From NCBI RefSeq assembly GCF_963921235.1, contig NC_086111.1:58094001-58158000 (forward strand): a stretch of DNA of 64,000 nt, in the 5' to 3' direction. The translations under genes and the position numbers were made by a program. Positions 13,810 through 26,302 of the stretch are shown here, piece after piece. The stretch is from Mobula hypostoma (lineage: Eukaryota). The notes beneath the pieces are model-generated. The model was not told the DNA's origin, did no database searches, and worked only from the letters and a program-made list of their open reading frames with translations. Position 1 is the first letter of the stretch; each line of letters opens with the position of its first letter.

Positions 13810-14639
13810 GATAATTGTTGCAACCTGCCTGCACCTTTCCTCATTCCCTGCCACGCACTGTTGAACTTGAACGCACGCGAGGTCATCAATGACCCAAGAT
13901 GCAAATGACCCAAGACGTGCAAAGGAATGGGTCCGTGACCCATTTGTGAATGTCCCCGGTGAATCATCCATGTCAGCACGGGAGAAAGATCAACTCCTCG
14001 AGCTTGCAAATGATGGCGGGCTGAAATGTATGTTTGACATAACATCTCTGCCGGCATTCTGGATCAAATTCAAGGCTGAATATCCTGAAATAGCCACGAA
14101 AGCACTGAAAACGTTGCTTCCATTTCCAACATCATATCGCTGTAAAGCGGGGTTTTTTGCAATAAATGCAACAAAAACAAAACCTAAATTGCGGAATAGA
14201 CTGGACATAAGGAACCCCCTTCGAGTATCGCTGTCTCCCATCACCCCTCGATGGGACCGTCTTGTTGCAGGAAAACAAGCCCAGGGCTCCCACTGATTCA
14301 GCGATATTGGTGTGTTGCAATGATTTTATATGTTCATATGAGGAAAATATGTGCTGTGTGTTTAATATCCAAATGTTACTTAAAATGTTATGATGCTACT
14401 GACTTATCAATATTCATGCGAGGAAAATAGGCGCTGTGTGTTTAATATTAGATTTGTTAGATAAACCCTTTTAGAAACAAAATTGAGTGTATTAGCCACC
14501 TATAAGTGATTTATAGTTGACTTATCACCTATATTCTGGTTGTGATTAACACCCACCGCCCCCCCGCCAGTCGGCCACTCTGCAAGAGTGTTGTCAATAT
14601 TGAACCTGTCCACGGTGCAAAAAAGGTTGGGGACCCCTG
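13810..14639 (+). mobile_element. hAT Buster/Charlie-type DNA transposon, 3' part (transposase C-terminal dimerisation domain and right TIR)
   Basis: ORF 13889-14296 EWVRDPF..QLLELAND..FWIKFKAEYPEIATKALKTLLPFPTSY.CKAGF..RNRLDI..LRVSLS..KQAQGSH (ZBED5/SCAND3/FAM200-like); right end aaaaaggttggggacccctg at 14639; no left TIR seen. Confidence 0.92.
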
Positions 14640-15639
14640 CAATACAAAACCACCTACAAAGTATTCATTTCAGATCTAAAACCTGTTTTGGGGATTCACC
14701 TTTTGCGTACAGCCCATCATTGAACAAGGTCATAATTTCAATAGGAATTCCAAGCTAATCAGCATCTACGTAGGGGTCAGGAACTGCTTGTACATGGAAC
14801 ACTTACTCCTGACCAAGCACTCAACAGAACTTATTCTGTAAGTATTATGCACTTAATAAATTAGTTCATGCCTGAATTATCCATTATATATATCATTACC
14901 AAGAATATCTGGCAATAAGGTGCAAACATAAACTAACCTTCCACAAGAAGGCAACAAAATTCATTTTAAATGCCTTTGTTAATTAAGCTGAACAGTCACG
15001 ATATCTAGCTTAGTTGTGAATTGAGACTGTTCCACAGAGGAAGCAAGGGTATGGGTTTCAATCTGACCTCAGGCAACATCAAACAGAAGATCCTGGAGCT
15101 TTCTCTCCTGTTGTAATGCTCAGACACGTGAAGTAGGTTTTCAGAATTCCTCAACCACAGTGGCACAAAAATATTGTGATCAGACTAAATTTTGCAGCCC
15201 TGCTGATAGATTGGCAACTGCCATATTCCTGAGACACAGCTCCAGTTTTTCTGCTGGAAAAGTTCCTGACAAGGATAGAATTTCAGCTGAATTTCCCAAA
15301 CATAGAAAATCTCATCTGTTGCCTTGCCTATATGGTTCCCCCCCACCCCTCCCCGCCACAGGAAATGCAAATACCATCCCATTGTGCAATGGCAAGGATG
15401 GCTGGGGAGAGAGGAACAACCAATAAGCCATCTCACAACTTGCTGAGAAAACCTTTGCCCGATTCATCTGAAAAGCTTCCGCCAAGAAGTGACAGAAAGT
15501 ACCTGGAAATGTTAAGTGGTTTTGTAGAGACACAGTTTACAACGCATTCCAGTCAGCCTTCATCGACTTCAAGAAAAATAAGTAAACAGCAAACCTCATA
15601 CCATCTTTCTTTGGGTGAACATCATTAAAGAATTGAGAG

Positions 15640-15715
15640 CAGCACAAGCAAAATGCTAGAGGAACTCAGCAGGAATAAACAGTCGATGTTTCAGGTTGAG
15701 ACCCTTCTTCAGGAC
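15640..15715 (-). mobile_element. Penelope pseudo-LTR remnant with hammerhead-like core
   Basis: Minus strand gtc-CTGAAGA-a-gggtctcaacct-GAAAC-atc-gact. Confidence 0.7.
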
Positions 15716-15914
15716 ACCAACTGAGGAATTCAACCCATGAATTCTCAGTCTCATTTAATCCCTTTATGACAATATTCATGGCCCCATAGAGCTTGACAGC
15801 TTTACTTAGTCTTGAGATGAAGAAGAAGATGAAAAGGAGATTGTGTTCAGACCCTGATTCTGGTTAACTTCTGTTTCTCTGTGATGCTGACTTACACTTT
15901 ATAAAATAGGCCAT

Positions 15915-16528
15915 AGTCAGCATGGTTTCCTTTAAGGGGAAATCCTGTCTGACAAATCTGTTGCATCTCTTTGAGCAAACAGCTGGCAGGAAAGACAGAG
16001 TCAATGAATGGTATTTGCTCGGATTTTCAGAAGGCCTGTGACACAGTGCCACACATGAGGCTGCTTAACAAGACAACAGCCCATGGTATCACAGGAAAGA
16101 CATTAACATGGAGATAAGATTAGCTGACTCACAGGAGGCCAGGAGTGGGAATAAAGGGGGCCTTTTCTAGTTGGCTACCAGTGACTAGTTATGTTCTATG
16201 GCAGTGGTCCCCAACCTCTGGGCCGCAGACCAATACATTGCCGCGAAGAACGCAGTGGTGCAGCTGTAGCCAGAACGCACCCAGCACATCTTTAAGAAAA
16301 AAGCCAAAATAAATAAGCTAATTAATTAGGTGTCGCCTCTGATCTGGGCCGACATTTATGTACCAGGCAGCACCTAATTAATTAGCTTGTTTATTTCGCC
16401 TTTTTTCTTAAAGATGTGCTGGGTGCATTCCAGCTACTGCTGCACCGCTGCATTCTTCGCAGCAATGTATTGGTCTGCAGCCCAGAGGTTGGGGACCACT
16501 GTTCTATGGGGATTGGTGTTGGGACAAC
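15915..16528 (+). mobile_element. CR1 RT fragment interrupted by a MITE
   Basis: SQHGF.KGKSCLTNLL..F, DFQKA.D.VPHMRLL.K..HGI.G; the gtgactag..gttctatgg|ggattggtgttggga (PQGSVLG-equivalent) segment is split by the MITE. Confidence 0.8.
16202..16501. mobile_element. Palindromic hAT (Charlie-type) MITE, 300 bp
   Basis: TIR CAGTGGTCCCCAACC at both ends; inverted arms 16202-16338 and 16365-16501; 8-bp TSD TTCTATGG at 16194-16201 and 16502-16509. Confidence 0.95.
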
Positions 16529-16529
16529 A

Positions 16530-18117
16530 ACATGTGCGCACTGAATTTTTAAGTGGAAGTAAACTTAAAGCTACTTTAAAGAATAATAAACTACCGAGTC
16601 CAGTTTGTTGTTCATTGTTTAAAAGAAATAAAGAACTGTCAATAAGAAATATGATTTCCTCTCGGTTTGACAGTTTTTGCTCTCATTCATCTGCATGCTC
16701 ACAAAACATACGCCGCAAGCCTGTAGCGGGTAATGAAAGATTTTCTCACCAGAGCTTTTGCACACCGTACATATGTGATTTACTTGCTAAATAATACTTT
16801 AAACAGTCAAGTTTCCAAATATCACTCCACTTCTTCTCACTTGCAAATTCTCCAGCAACTTTTGCATCGCGACACTACACACAGGTAAGACCAGTTTCTG
16901 TATTGTACATAAATATTTCTTGGAGCTGCATGTTCCTGACCTCATGAGCTTTCAGTGTAGCAGTTTCTACTGTTTCATTAAGCCATTCCATTTTAAATGA
17001 ACTGTAGTTCTTTTGCGCTTCACACCCTTTGCTTCTTTGGAATTCAACATAGTAAATCAATAATTTATTCAATAAAAACAGTGTAAATAAGCCAGTCCTA
17101 AAGTCTGCTGATAAATCATCGCAAACTCCACGTTGTCAACACCGTCCGGATGAGAAACCGGAAAAGGAAATGTGATTGTGTACAATCATGAAATATACTT
17201 AACCTGCCAAAGAGGGTGGAGGGCGGAACTTAGTCAAGAAGGCACCTAACAGCGACTCCTTTGCTTGCATCTTCGGAAGCAGCTCTATTTCCATCTTTAA
17301 TATCTCTATTTTTCCCCTTTCAGGGTTCTTTTGAAGACCCTGACATGGAGTTGCACGCTGACTTCGGTTCTTTGCGCGAATAGGACCCGCTCTCAGCGTT
17401 TCACAACTGTTCGTTATTCGACATGCCAAGGGTGTGGCCTAAGAGTTCGGCTTGCCTTTAGAGACCTAGGATCTTGGGGCTCTGGAGACGGGCGGATCGA
17501 AGGTCAGTGTCCCGACGGACCGGTGTGTCATGGGAGATGGAAGATCTAAGGGTGTGTGCCCAGAGACCCAAGATCTTTGGGCACAGAGCTTGGAAAAGCA
17601 ACACAACGGACTTTTAACATCATAAACCAGCGAGTTGTTTGTTATGTTTCCCCTCTCGTGGTGAAACGGAGACATTAGGGAGAGAGAGTGAGCCTGTGGT
17701 ATGTCGAATACCGGGTGAAGACGTAGTCTTTGGAGTACTGCAAGTCTGTGTCTTTGCTGTTGTTTTTGCTGCTTATGAGTGCTTGGTAGTGGGTGCTGAT
17801 GCTTTCTTTTTGCCGGTGGGGGGGAGGGAGGAATCATTGTTTGCTGCCGATACGTGCAGGAGGGAGGGGAGTTGGGGGGGGGATATCTTTCAGGTTCTAA
17901 CATTTAACTGTCATTCATTCTTTGGGGCAACTTCTGTTTTTGTGGATGGTTGCAAAGAAAAAGCATTTCAGGATGTGTATTGTATACATTTCTCTGACAT
18001 CAAATGTACCTTTGAAGCAGAGGGTGACAACCTCCTGTGCGCAATTTAAATTCTTTTGTGTATTAGTAGCAAAAGCTGTGTGTGCACGTGCACACGCACA
18101 CCTTAGAGGGAACATTA
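16530..18117 (-). mobile_element. hAT Tip100/ZNF862-like transposon, internally deleted, interrupted by a retroposon
   Basis: Terminal ttagagggaacatt at 18103-18116 with gtgcac/gcac subterminal repeats; minus strand from ATG near 17050 gives (with a frameshift and stop) KGVKRKRT..FKMEWLNE..MYNTETGLTCV*CRDAKVAGEF..WKLDCLKYYLASKSH, a TTF-like zinc finger. Confidence 0.65.
17201..18016 (+). mobile_element. Non-autonomous non-coding retroposon with a Rex/Babar-like 3' tail
   Basis: GC-rich head (ggggcggaac..aagaaggcacc), no recognisable protein, 3' end catttcaggatgtgtattgtatacatttctctgacatcaaatgtacctttgaa; splits the hAT element. Confidence 0.55.
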
Positions 18118-18404
18118 TTTTAGCTGGAGGTAAACACGGGATGTACAGAATTGCCTTATTTAGTCACCAGAGGAAAAGCAGTGACATTATGACCTCACCA
18201 CGCCTTTATATCCATACACATGAGTGGGCGGGCAACGAGAACACCAAGTGAGGCAGGTAGCTGCCCCAATGAGGTTGCGGTCAGGAAGTCCATACTGCCC
18301 CCGTGTTTCTTCTTCACCATGTAATTAGATCATGGCTGATATGACCACTAGTCTTAGCACTCTCGTAACCCAAAAAAATCAAATATTAATGTAGAAGTGC
18401 AATT

Positions 18405-18830
18405 CAAACTCACAGTTCAATAGTTCAATAGCTGCATTTAATATCGGAGAGTACAACCTGAAATCCTTACTCTTCACAGACATCCACAAAACGGCGAGGG
18501 GGGGGGAGGGAGAATCCAAAGAATGAATGACAGAAAATAATTACGACCCAAAGCACCCCGCCCCCCCCGCACAGGCAGCAGCAAAAGCATCACCCCTCCC
18601 TGCACTTGCTCCAGCAAAACCATCAATACCCCCCACCCACCATGCAAGCAGTAACGAAGCCCCCAGAGACCGAGATCTAGAGTCCATCAAAAGGTACTGT
18701 CCATCTCAACACTGGCGTCTCAGACAGGTTCTCCCTCTCACTAGCAAGGGAGAGAGATATATATATATATATCGGTCCTGGCACAACGAGAGGGGAGACA
18801 GCTCGCTGCTTTGGTGTTACAGTCTGCCGA
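18405..18830 (-). mobile_element. Related non-autonomous retroposon fragment, opposite orientation
   Basis: Reverse complement shares gatgct..tttgctgc, cattctttgg, ttttgtggatg..tttcagg and the tail with 17790-18016. Confidence 0.5.
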
Positions 18831-20499
18831 TGTTACAATTCACAAGCAATGGTGAGGATTAACAGCACTTGAGTGCACTGCTTTAGGCCGTTCAGCACTC
18901 CTATCAATTGCACTAATATCATGTGAATCAGTTTTCTATAATGAGACTATTAACCTCTTTAGGCTTAATGGTACAGAGCTCTGTATCCTTCTCATCATAG
19001 TCAAGAAGGAGATATTTCATTTTTATATCTGACATGGGGAGGAATAGAGTGCACAGGGGCTTAGTTGATGGCAAAATATTGAAGGATGTTCCATATAGAA
19101 TCATATCGATTCACGATGCAGATACAGGCCACTCTGCCCATTGTTTTCATGCCAGAACTTTAGGTGAGGGATTTCAGTGTGAGGCACAACAAGTTACAGG
19201 TGAATGTAACAGGGAAATAAATCACGTCAGAATATGGCCATTGCCTTGACTGCTATGTAAGGAAGATAGTGGAAAAATTTACGTACAGTGACCACATAAC
19301 CATAAAATTTCATGCAGCTTTGATCAATGGCATAACAACTCTCCTGGCACTATTTATACTCTATGACACAACTTCCCCCACATAGATAATAAACTTTCTG
19401 ACCATATCTAGTCATTAGATTCCTTGCAGATGTTTCCTTATTCCATTTAGTAACTTGCATTCATTGCAAAGCAGGCAGTAATTTATTCTTCATGCCCCTT
19501 GCGGAACAAAAACATTGCACCCTGAAATGAAATCTTACATCACACTTATCCAACTGTTCCAACACAGCAATGATTTTAATGAATTGTTTAGATTATATCC
19601 GCACCCTGGCAGCCACTAGAGGTTCTTTTCAGGTTTCAGAGCTTTAACACTAAGCTGGAAGCACGAGTCATATATACATTTTAGGATTGCTCACACAAGT
19701 AGGCATGGCACCCTTCATTAATGATGCTGAAATGATTTTTGTTTTTGTAAGCCTGTTCATTATTAATGTGGCTTGTTTTGCACACGATTTCCAAGAGCTG
19801 ATGAAGTCTTTGAGAGGGTGACAGCCCAGCAGACTGTGTAGGTCAAACTAGGAAGAGAGATGGATGGAGCCAAGGAGCAGCTAACCCAGGGAGATAGACA
19901 GTGATTGGCCGCAGGGGAAGGCAGGGAGAACAGGATGAAAAGAAGGGGTTTGTGAAATGTGAAGAAGTGCAGCGTGAGGAGAGAGTACACTAGGTAGGGA
20001 CGGGAAAGGAAAAACAAAACGAGAGAAAACTATGTGGAACACAGTAGTGGGCTCACAATGTCACACCTACCAAGTTATAACTGCACTAGAAGATTATCTA
20101 TCTTATTTCATTTACTACATGCATTAAAATATAACACCTTCAGTCCTTCTTCTCAATTTTAAATTCTTATCCCATTCTAAACTTTGTCTTATTCTGCATT
20201 CTAGACTCTCCTTTTATTTTATACATAATATTCCAAGCTGTTGAACTCACGATTTAGTATAAAGCCCTATCCATAGCCCCTGTTATGGGATTTCCCTGGA
20301 CCCTAGTCCCAATATGATTCAGATGGACCCCATTCCATCGGAACAGCTCACTCCTTCCCCAGAAACTGCTCAAAAGTTGCTGCAGATGTGGCCACCAGAA
20401 AGCACAATGAGGCCGCATCGGCCCCAGTGTGAACTGGGAGACTGGTCCATGAAATGTGGAGAGGCAGTGAAGCCAGCAGGATGAAGCAAAAGCAAGATA

Positions 20500-20690
20500 C
20501 AGTGGTGCTAGAAAGTTTGTGAATCCTTTAGAATTTTCTCTGTTTCTGCATAAATATGACCTAAAATGTGATTAGATCTTCACACAAGTCCTAAAACTAG
20601 ATAAAGAGAACCCAATTAAATACAAAAATTATACTTGTTCATTTATTTATTGAGGAAAAAATGATCCAATATTACATGTATTTGTTGGAC
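20500..20690 (+). mobile_element. Tc1/mariner transposon terminal fragment (long-TIR type)
   Basis: TA at 20498-20499 followed by CAGTGGTGCTAGAAAGTTTGTGAA and an AT-rich subterminal region; truncated at a CR1 fragment. Confidence 0.75.
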
Positions 20691-21445
20691 ACCTGACACC
20701 TGGAACTGCCACCATACTGCTAGTGTCTTCCACAGTGAAGACTGGTACAAAATACTCACTCAGTTCATCAGCCGTTTTCTTGTCTCCCATTACTACCTCT
20801 CCAGTATTGTTTTCCAGTTGGTCAATATCCACTCTCACCTCTCGCTTACACTTCTGAAGAAACTTTTTGGTATCCTCAACCCATCTTTGTCTTCAATCAT
20901 CCTTAATACCTCCCTATTAAGTGTCCAAAATTCAAAGCAAATTGACAACAAAGAACTAGAAGTTTCTACCTCTTCTTGCATGTAGAAATGTTTAGCACCT
21001 TCACTCCTGAAAGGGCTGGCCCTTCCCCCACAATATTGCACCAAACTAAACTTTTAGTTAAGTACTTATCTAAACTAGTCCCTTCTCACTACATAATGTC
21101 CGTATCATTCCATTCTCTGCACAAACCTGTGCCAATCTAAAAATCTCTTAAATTTCTCTATCGTAATTACCTCCACTACCTCTCAAAATACATTCCAAAC
21201 ACCCACAACGCTTCTTTGAACTAACACTTTCTCAGCTTAAATGCATGCCCTCCAATATAAAGACATTTCAACCCTGAAGTAAAGACACCCGCTGTCTATC
21301 TATTACTCTTATAATCTTAAAAAAACTTCTATTAAGTGTTCCCTCAGCTTCCAGCACTCCAGAGAAAATGACTCAACTTTGTCCAATCAGCCCTCGTAGC
21401 ACACGTCCTCTAGTGTAGTCCAGGCAGCATCCTGGTAGTCCTCTT
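20690..21445 (-). mobile_element. Several old CR1 fragments
   Basis: RVDIDQLENNTGEVVMGDKKTADELSEYFVPVFTVEDT (ORF 20647-20838); RMLPGL/LFSLE remnant at 21350-21440; 3' UTR pieces. Confidence 0.7.
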
Positions 21446-21635
21446 GCCATCCTGGTAAACATACACTGTTATTTATATTTAATTTCACCATGATTTTACC
21501 TATGAAGCCAATTTACTTAGGTCTATCAGCAGAGCACTCAATACACAGGCAATATATCCTTCCCAAGACAGCGTATAAGTTTGCTCAGAGTTTGCTGAGG
21601 TGTAACTTGATTTACTTTAAAATTTAAAAAATTAT

Positions 21636-22002
21636 TATAAAATTATGATGGGTATAGATAGAGTGAATGCAAGCAGGCTTTTTCCACTGAGGCAAGGAGA
21701 GAAAAACACCAGAGGACATGGGTTAAGGGTGAGGGGGGAAAAGGTTTAAAGGGAACATTGGGGGGGGGCCTTCTTCACACAGAGAGTGGTGGGAGTATGG
21801 AATGAGCTGCCAGACGAGGTGGTAAATGTGGGTTCTTTTTTAACATTTAAGAATAAATTGGACAGATACACGGATGGGAGGTGTATGGAGGGATATGGTC
21901 CGTGTGCAGGTCAGTGGGACTAGGCAGAAAATAGTTTGGCACAGCCAAGAAGGGCCAAAAGGCCTGTTTCTGTGCTGTAGTTTTTCTATGGTTTCTATGG
22001 TT
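21636..22002 (+). mobile_element. CR1/HER1 3' end, young subfamily
   Basis: KIMMGIDRVNASRLFPL..TRGHGLRV..RVVGVWNELP; tail (tttctatgg)2; near-identical to the 3' ends at 22491 and 45500. Confidence 0.95.
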
Positions 22003-22490
22003 ATGAGCACTACTGCAATGCCAGCAGTTGCCCCACCCCCCCACACCCCCACCCGTGCTTTTATGAGTAAAGTACTGTGAAATGCTGTTTCCACATGAAT
22101 TATCTCCATGGACTATGCAGGTACAACAGAACTCTGCAGCTGCTATATCCATATCTGTGCAATATGTGAAGGACCAGATCTACTTTGAAGTTTGAGAACT
22201 TCAGATTCAATGGTAGATCCACAATTTCTGCTTGCGAATCATCTTCCCTTGAAATTCTATTGTATGATTATATTATCTTGCATGTATAACTGATTTCATT
22301 CTCAATTTTATATTTGATACAATATTTATTGAAGACTTTGATGATAAATTTTGTGAAGAGGGTTTCAAATGATTCAGGGACAAAACCATAAATATAACTT
22401 TGCGGATTGAACAGAAAAACTTCCAGAATGCAGCAGAAGACCATACAGCATGCCAGGCAGAGACAGATTTCCTATTTGCAACAGGATGAC

Positions 22491-25400
22491 AGAAAACCAT
22501 AGAAAAACTACAGCACAGAAACAGGCCTTTTGGCCCTTCTTGGCTGTGCCGAACCATTTTCTGCCTAGTCCCACTGACCTGCACACGGACCATATCCCTC
22601 CATACACCTCCCATCCATGTATCTGTCCAATTTATTCTTAAATATTAAAAAAGAACCCGCATTTACCACCTCGTCTGGCAGCTCATTCCACACTCCCACC
22701 ACTCTGTGTGAAGAAGCCCCCCCCAATGTTCCCTTTAAACTTTTCCCCCTTCACCCTTAATCCATGTCGTCTGGTTTTTTTCTCCCCTTGCCTCAGTGGA
22801 AAAAGCCTGCTTGCATTCACTCTATCTATACCCAACATAATTTTATATACCTCTGTCAAATCTCCCCTCATTCTTCTACGCTCCAAGGAATAATGTCCTA
22901 ACCTATTCAACCTTTCTCTGTTACTGAGTTTCTCAAGTCCCTTTTCTGCACTCCTTCAACCTTACTAATATCCTTCCTGTAATTTGGTGACCAAAACCAA
23001 ACACAATACTCCAGATTCGGCCTCACCAATGCCTTATACAACCTCATCATAACATTCCAGCTCTTATACTCAATACTTTGATTAATCAAGGCCAATGTAC
23101 CAAAAGCTCTCTTTACGACCCTATCTACCTGTGATGCCACTTTTAGGGAATTTTGTATCTGTATCCCTCTGTTCTACTGCACTCCTCAGTACCTTACCAT
23201 TTACCCTGTATGTTCTACCTTGGTTTGTCCTTCCAAAGTGCAATACCTCACACTTGTTTGTATTAAACTCCATCTGCCATTTTTCAGTCCATTTTTCCAG
23301 CCGGTCCAAATCCCTCTGCAAGCTTTGAAAACCTTCCTCACTGTCCACTATACCTCCAATCTTTGTATCATCAGCAAATTTGCTGATCCAATTTACCACA
23401 TTATCATCCAGATCATTGCTATAGATGACAAATAACAATGGACCCAGCACTGATCCCTGTGGCACACCATTAGTTACAGGCCTCCACTCGGAGAAGCAAT
23501 CCTCTACTACCACTCTTTGGCTTCTTCCATTGAGCCAATGTCTAAAGCAATTTACCACCTCTCCATGTATACCCAGCGTCTGAATTTTCCTAACTAACCT
23601 CCCATGCAGGACCTTGTCAAAGGCCTTACTGAAGTCCATGTAGACAACATTCATTGCCTTCCCTTCATCCACTTTCCTGGTAACCTCCTCGAAAAACTCC
23701 AATAGATTGGTCAAACATGACCTACCACGCACAAAGCCATGTTGACTCTCCTTAATAAGTCCCTGTCTATCCAAATGCTTGTGGATTCTGTCTCTTAGTA
23801 CTCCCTCCAATAACTTACCCACTACCAATGTCAAACTTACTGGCCAATAATTTCCCAGATTACCTTTCGATCCTTTTGTAAATAACGGAACAACATGAGC
23901 CATTCTCCAAACCTCCGGCACCTCACTCGTAGACACCAACATTTTAAATATATCTGCCAAGGCCCCTGCAATTTCAACACTAGTCTCCTTCAAGGTCCGA
24001 GGGAATACCCTGTCAGGTCCTGGGGATTTATCCACTTTAATTTGCCTCAAGATAGCAAGCACCTCCTCCTTTTCAATCTGTACAGTTTCCATGATCTCAC
24101 TACTTGTTTCCCTTAATTCCATAGACTTCATGCCAGTTTCCTTAGTAAATACAGATGCAAAAAAACCCATTTAAGATCTCCCCCATTTCTTTTGGTTCTG
24201 CACATAGCAGACCACTCTGATCTTCAAGAGGACCAATTTTATCCCTTACAATCCATTTACTCTTAATATACCTATAAAAGCTCTTTGGATTATCCTTCAC
24301 TTTGACTGCCACGGCAACCTCATGTTTTCTTTTAGCCCCCCTGATTACTTTCTTAAGTATTTTCTTGCACTTTTTAATACTCCTCAAGCACCTTATTTAC
24401 TCCGTTTCCTATACATGTCATACAACTCTCTCTTCTTTATCAGAGTTGCAATATCCTTTGAGAACCAAGATTCCTTATTTGCATTCACTTTGCCTTTAAT
24501 CCTGACAGGAACATACCAGCCCTGCGCTCTCAAAATTTTCTCCTTTGCAGGCTTCCCACTTACCGATCACATCCTTGCCAGAGAACAACCTGTCCTTTCT
24601 CATTTCTTCAAATTTGGCCTTCTTCCAGTTTAGAACATCAACCCTAGAACCAGATCTATCTTTATCCATGATCAAGTTGAAACTAATGGTGTTATGATCA
24701 CTGGAACCAAAGTGCTCTCCTACACACACTTCCGTCACCTGTCCTAACTCGTTTCCTAATTGGAGATCTAATATTGCATCCCCTCTAGTTGGTACCTCTA
24801 TATATTGATTTAGAAAACTTTCTTGAACACAGTTTACAAACTCTAACCCACCTAGACCCCTAACAGTATGGGAGTCCCAATCAATATGTGGAAAATTAAA
24901 TCCCCTACCACCACAACTTTATGTTTCCTGCAGTTGCCTGCTATCTCTCTGCAAATTTGCTCCTCCAATTCTCACTGACTATTGGGTGGTCTATAATACA
25001 ATCCCCTTAATGTGGCCGTACCGTTCCTGTTTCTTAGCTCCACCCATAAGGACTCAGTAGACAAGCCCTCTAATCTGTCCTGCCTGAGCACTGCTGTAAC
25101 ATTTTCCCTGACAAGCAATGCTACACCCCCACCTTTCATTCCCCTGCCTCGATCACATCTGAAACATCGGAACCCTGGAATATTAAGTTGCCAGTCCTGC
25201 CCCTCCTGTAGCCAAGTTTCACTAATTGCTATAATGTCATAATTCCATGTGTCAATCCATGCCCTCGTCTGCCTTCCCCACAATACTTCTAGCATTGAAG
25301 TATATACACCTCAGAAGATTTTTACCACAACTCACAACCTTTCCATTTGCGGCTTTGCTTGAACTTTTAACATCATTTATTTTCACCCCAGCCCCACTGT

Positions 25401-26302
25401 CAGCTCTGGCACTCTGGTTCCCATCCCCCTGCAAATCTAGTTTAAAGCCTCCCCAATAGCACTAACAAACCTCCCTGAAAGGATATTGGTCCCCTTGTAG
25501 TTCAAGTGTAAACCGTCTCTCTTGTACAGGTCCCACCTGCCCCAGAAGAGGTCCCAATGATCCTGAAATCTGAAACCCTGCCCCTACACCAGTTCCTCAG
25601 CCACTTGTTCATCCTCCAGAGCATCCTATTCTTACCCTCACTGGCACGTAGCACAGGTAGAAATCCTGAGATTACCACCCTCGAGGTCCTGCTTTTCAAC
25701 TTCCTACCATGCTCTCTATACTTACTCTCCAGGACCTCCTCACTCTTCCTTGCTATGTCATTGGTACCGATGTTCACCACGCCATCTGGCTGATCACCCT
25801 CTCACTTCAGAATGCCATGCAAGCGATCAGAGACATCCTTGACCCTGGCACCCGGGAGGCAACAAACCACCTGCCACGAGCACAGAACCTCCTATCTGTA
25901 CCTCTATCAAGTCCCCTATCACTACCGCTCTCCTCTTTTTCCACCCTCCCTTCTGCACTGCAGAACCAGACTCAGTGCCAGAGATCCGGCTACTGCAGCT
26001 TGTCCCAGGTAAGTCACCCCCCCCCCCCCCAACAGTACCCAATGTGGTATACTTGTTATTGAGGGGAATGGCCACAGGGGATGCCTGCCCTTTCCTCTTC
26101 CCTCGCCTGACAGTGACCCAATTTCCTGTCCTCTGCTCCTTTGGCGTAACTACCTCCCCGTAGCTACCATCTATAATCTCCTCATTCTCCCGAATGATTC
26201 GGAGGTCATCCAGCTCCTGCTCCAGTTCCCTAACGCGGTTTGTCAGGAGCTGCAGCTGGATGCACTTCTTGCAGGTGTCGTCGTCAGGGACACCGGAGGG
26301 CT
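22491..26302 (-). mobile_element. CR1/HER1 LINE, nearly full length (ORF1 with SGNH esterase; ORF2 APE and RT), inactivated by frameshifts
   Basis: ORF1 C.KCIQLQLL, AVVIGD, IGTNDI, DGLHLN; ORF2 YFNARSI, IAISETWL, GGGVALLV, YYRPPN, GSSDHN; RT ORF 23121-24170 [42 protein letters not shown]; 3' microsatellite tail. Confidence 0.97.

Noticed and set aside
13889-14296. Domesticated ZBED5/SCAND3/FAM200-like host gene
   Set aside because: Only the C-terminal domain is present, the conserved CE.GFS motif is altered to CKAGFF, and a TIR follows.
14700-14845. Plus-strand exon candidate ending at GTAAGT, and similar AG-led open frames near 41520 and 53060 on the minus strand
   Set aside because: Unrecognised peptides and weak or missing partner splice sites; expected by chance in 64 kb.
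23121-24170. Active reverse transcriptase gene
   Set aside because: ORF2 is split by frameshifts on both sides and has small deletions.
25500-26075. Cellular GDSL/SGNH esterase gene
   Set aside because: It is CR1 ORF1, directly upstream of APE-RT and repeated in three copies here. Esterase-containing CR1 ORF1 is established, not novel.
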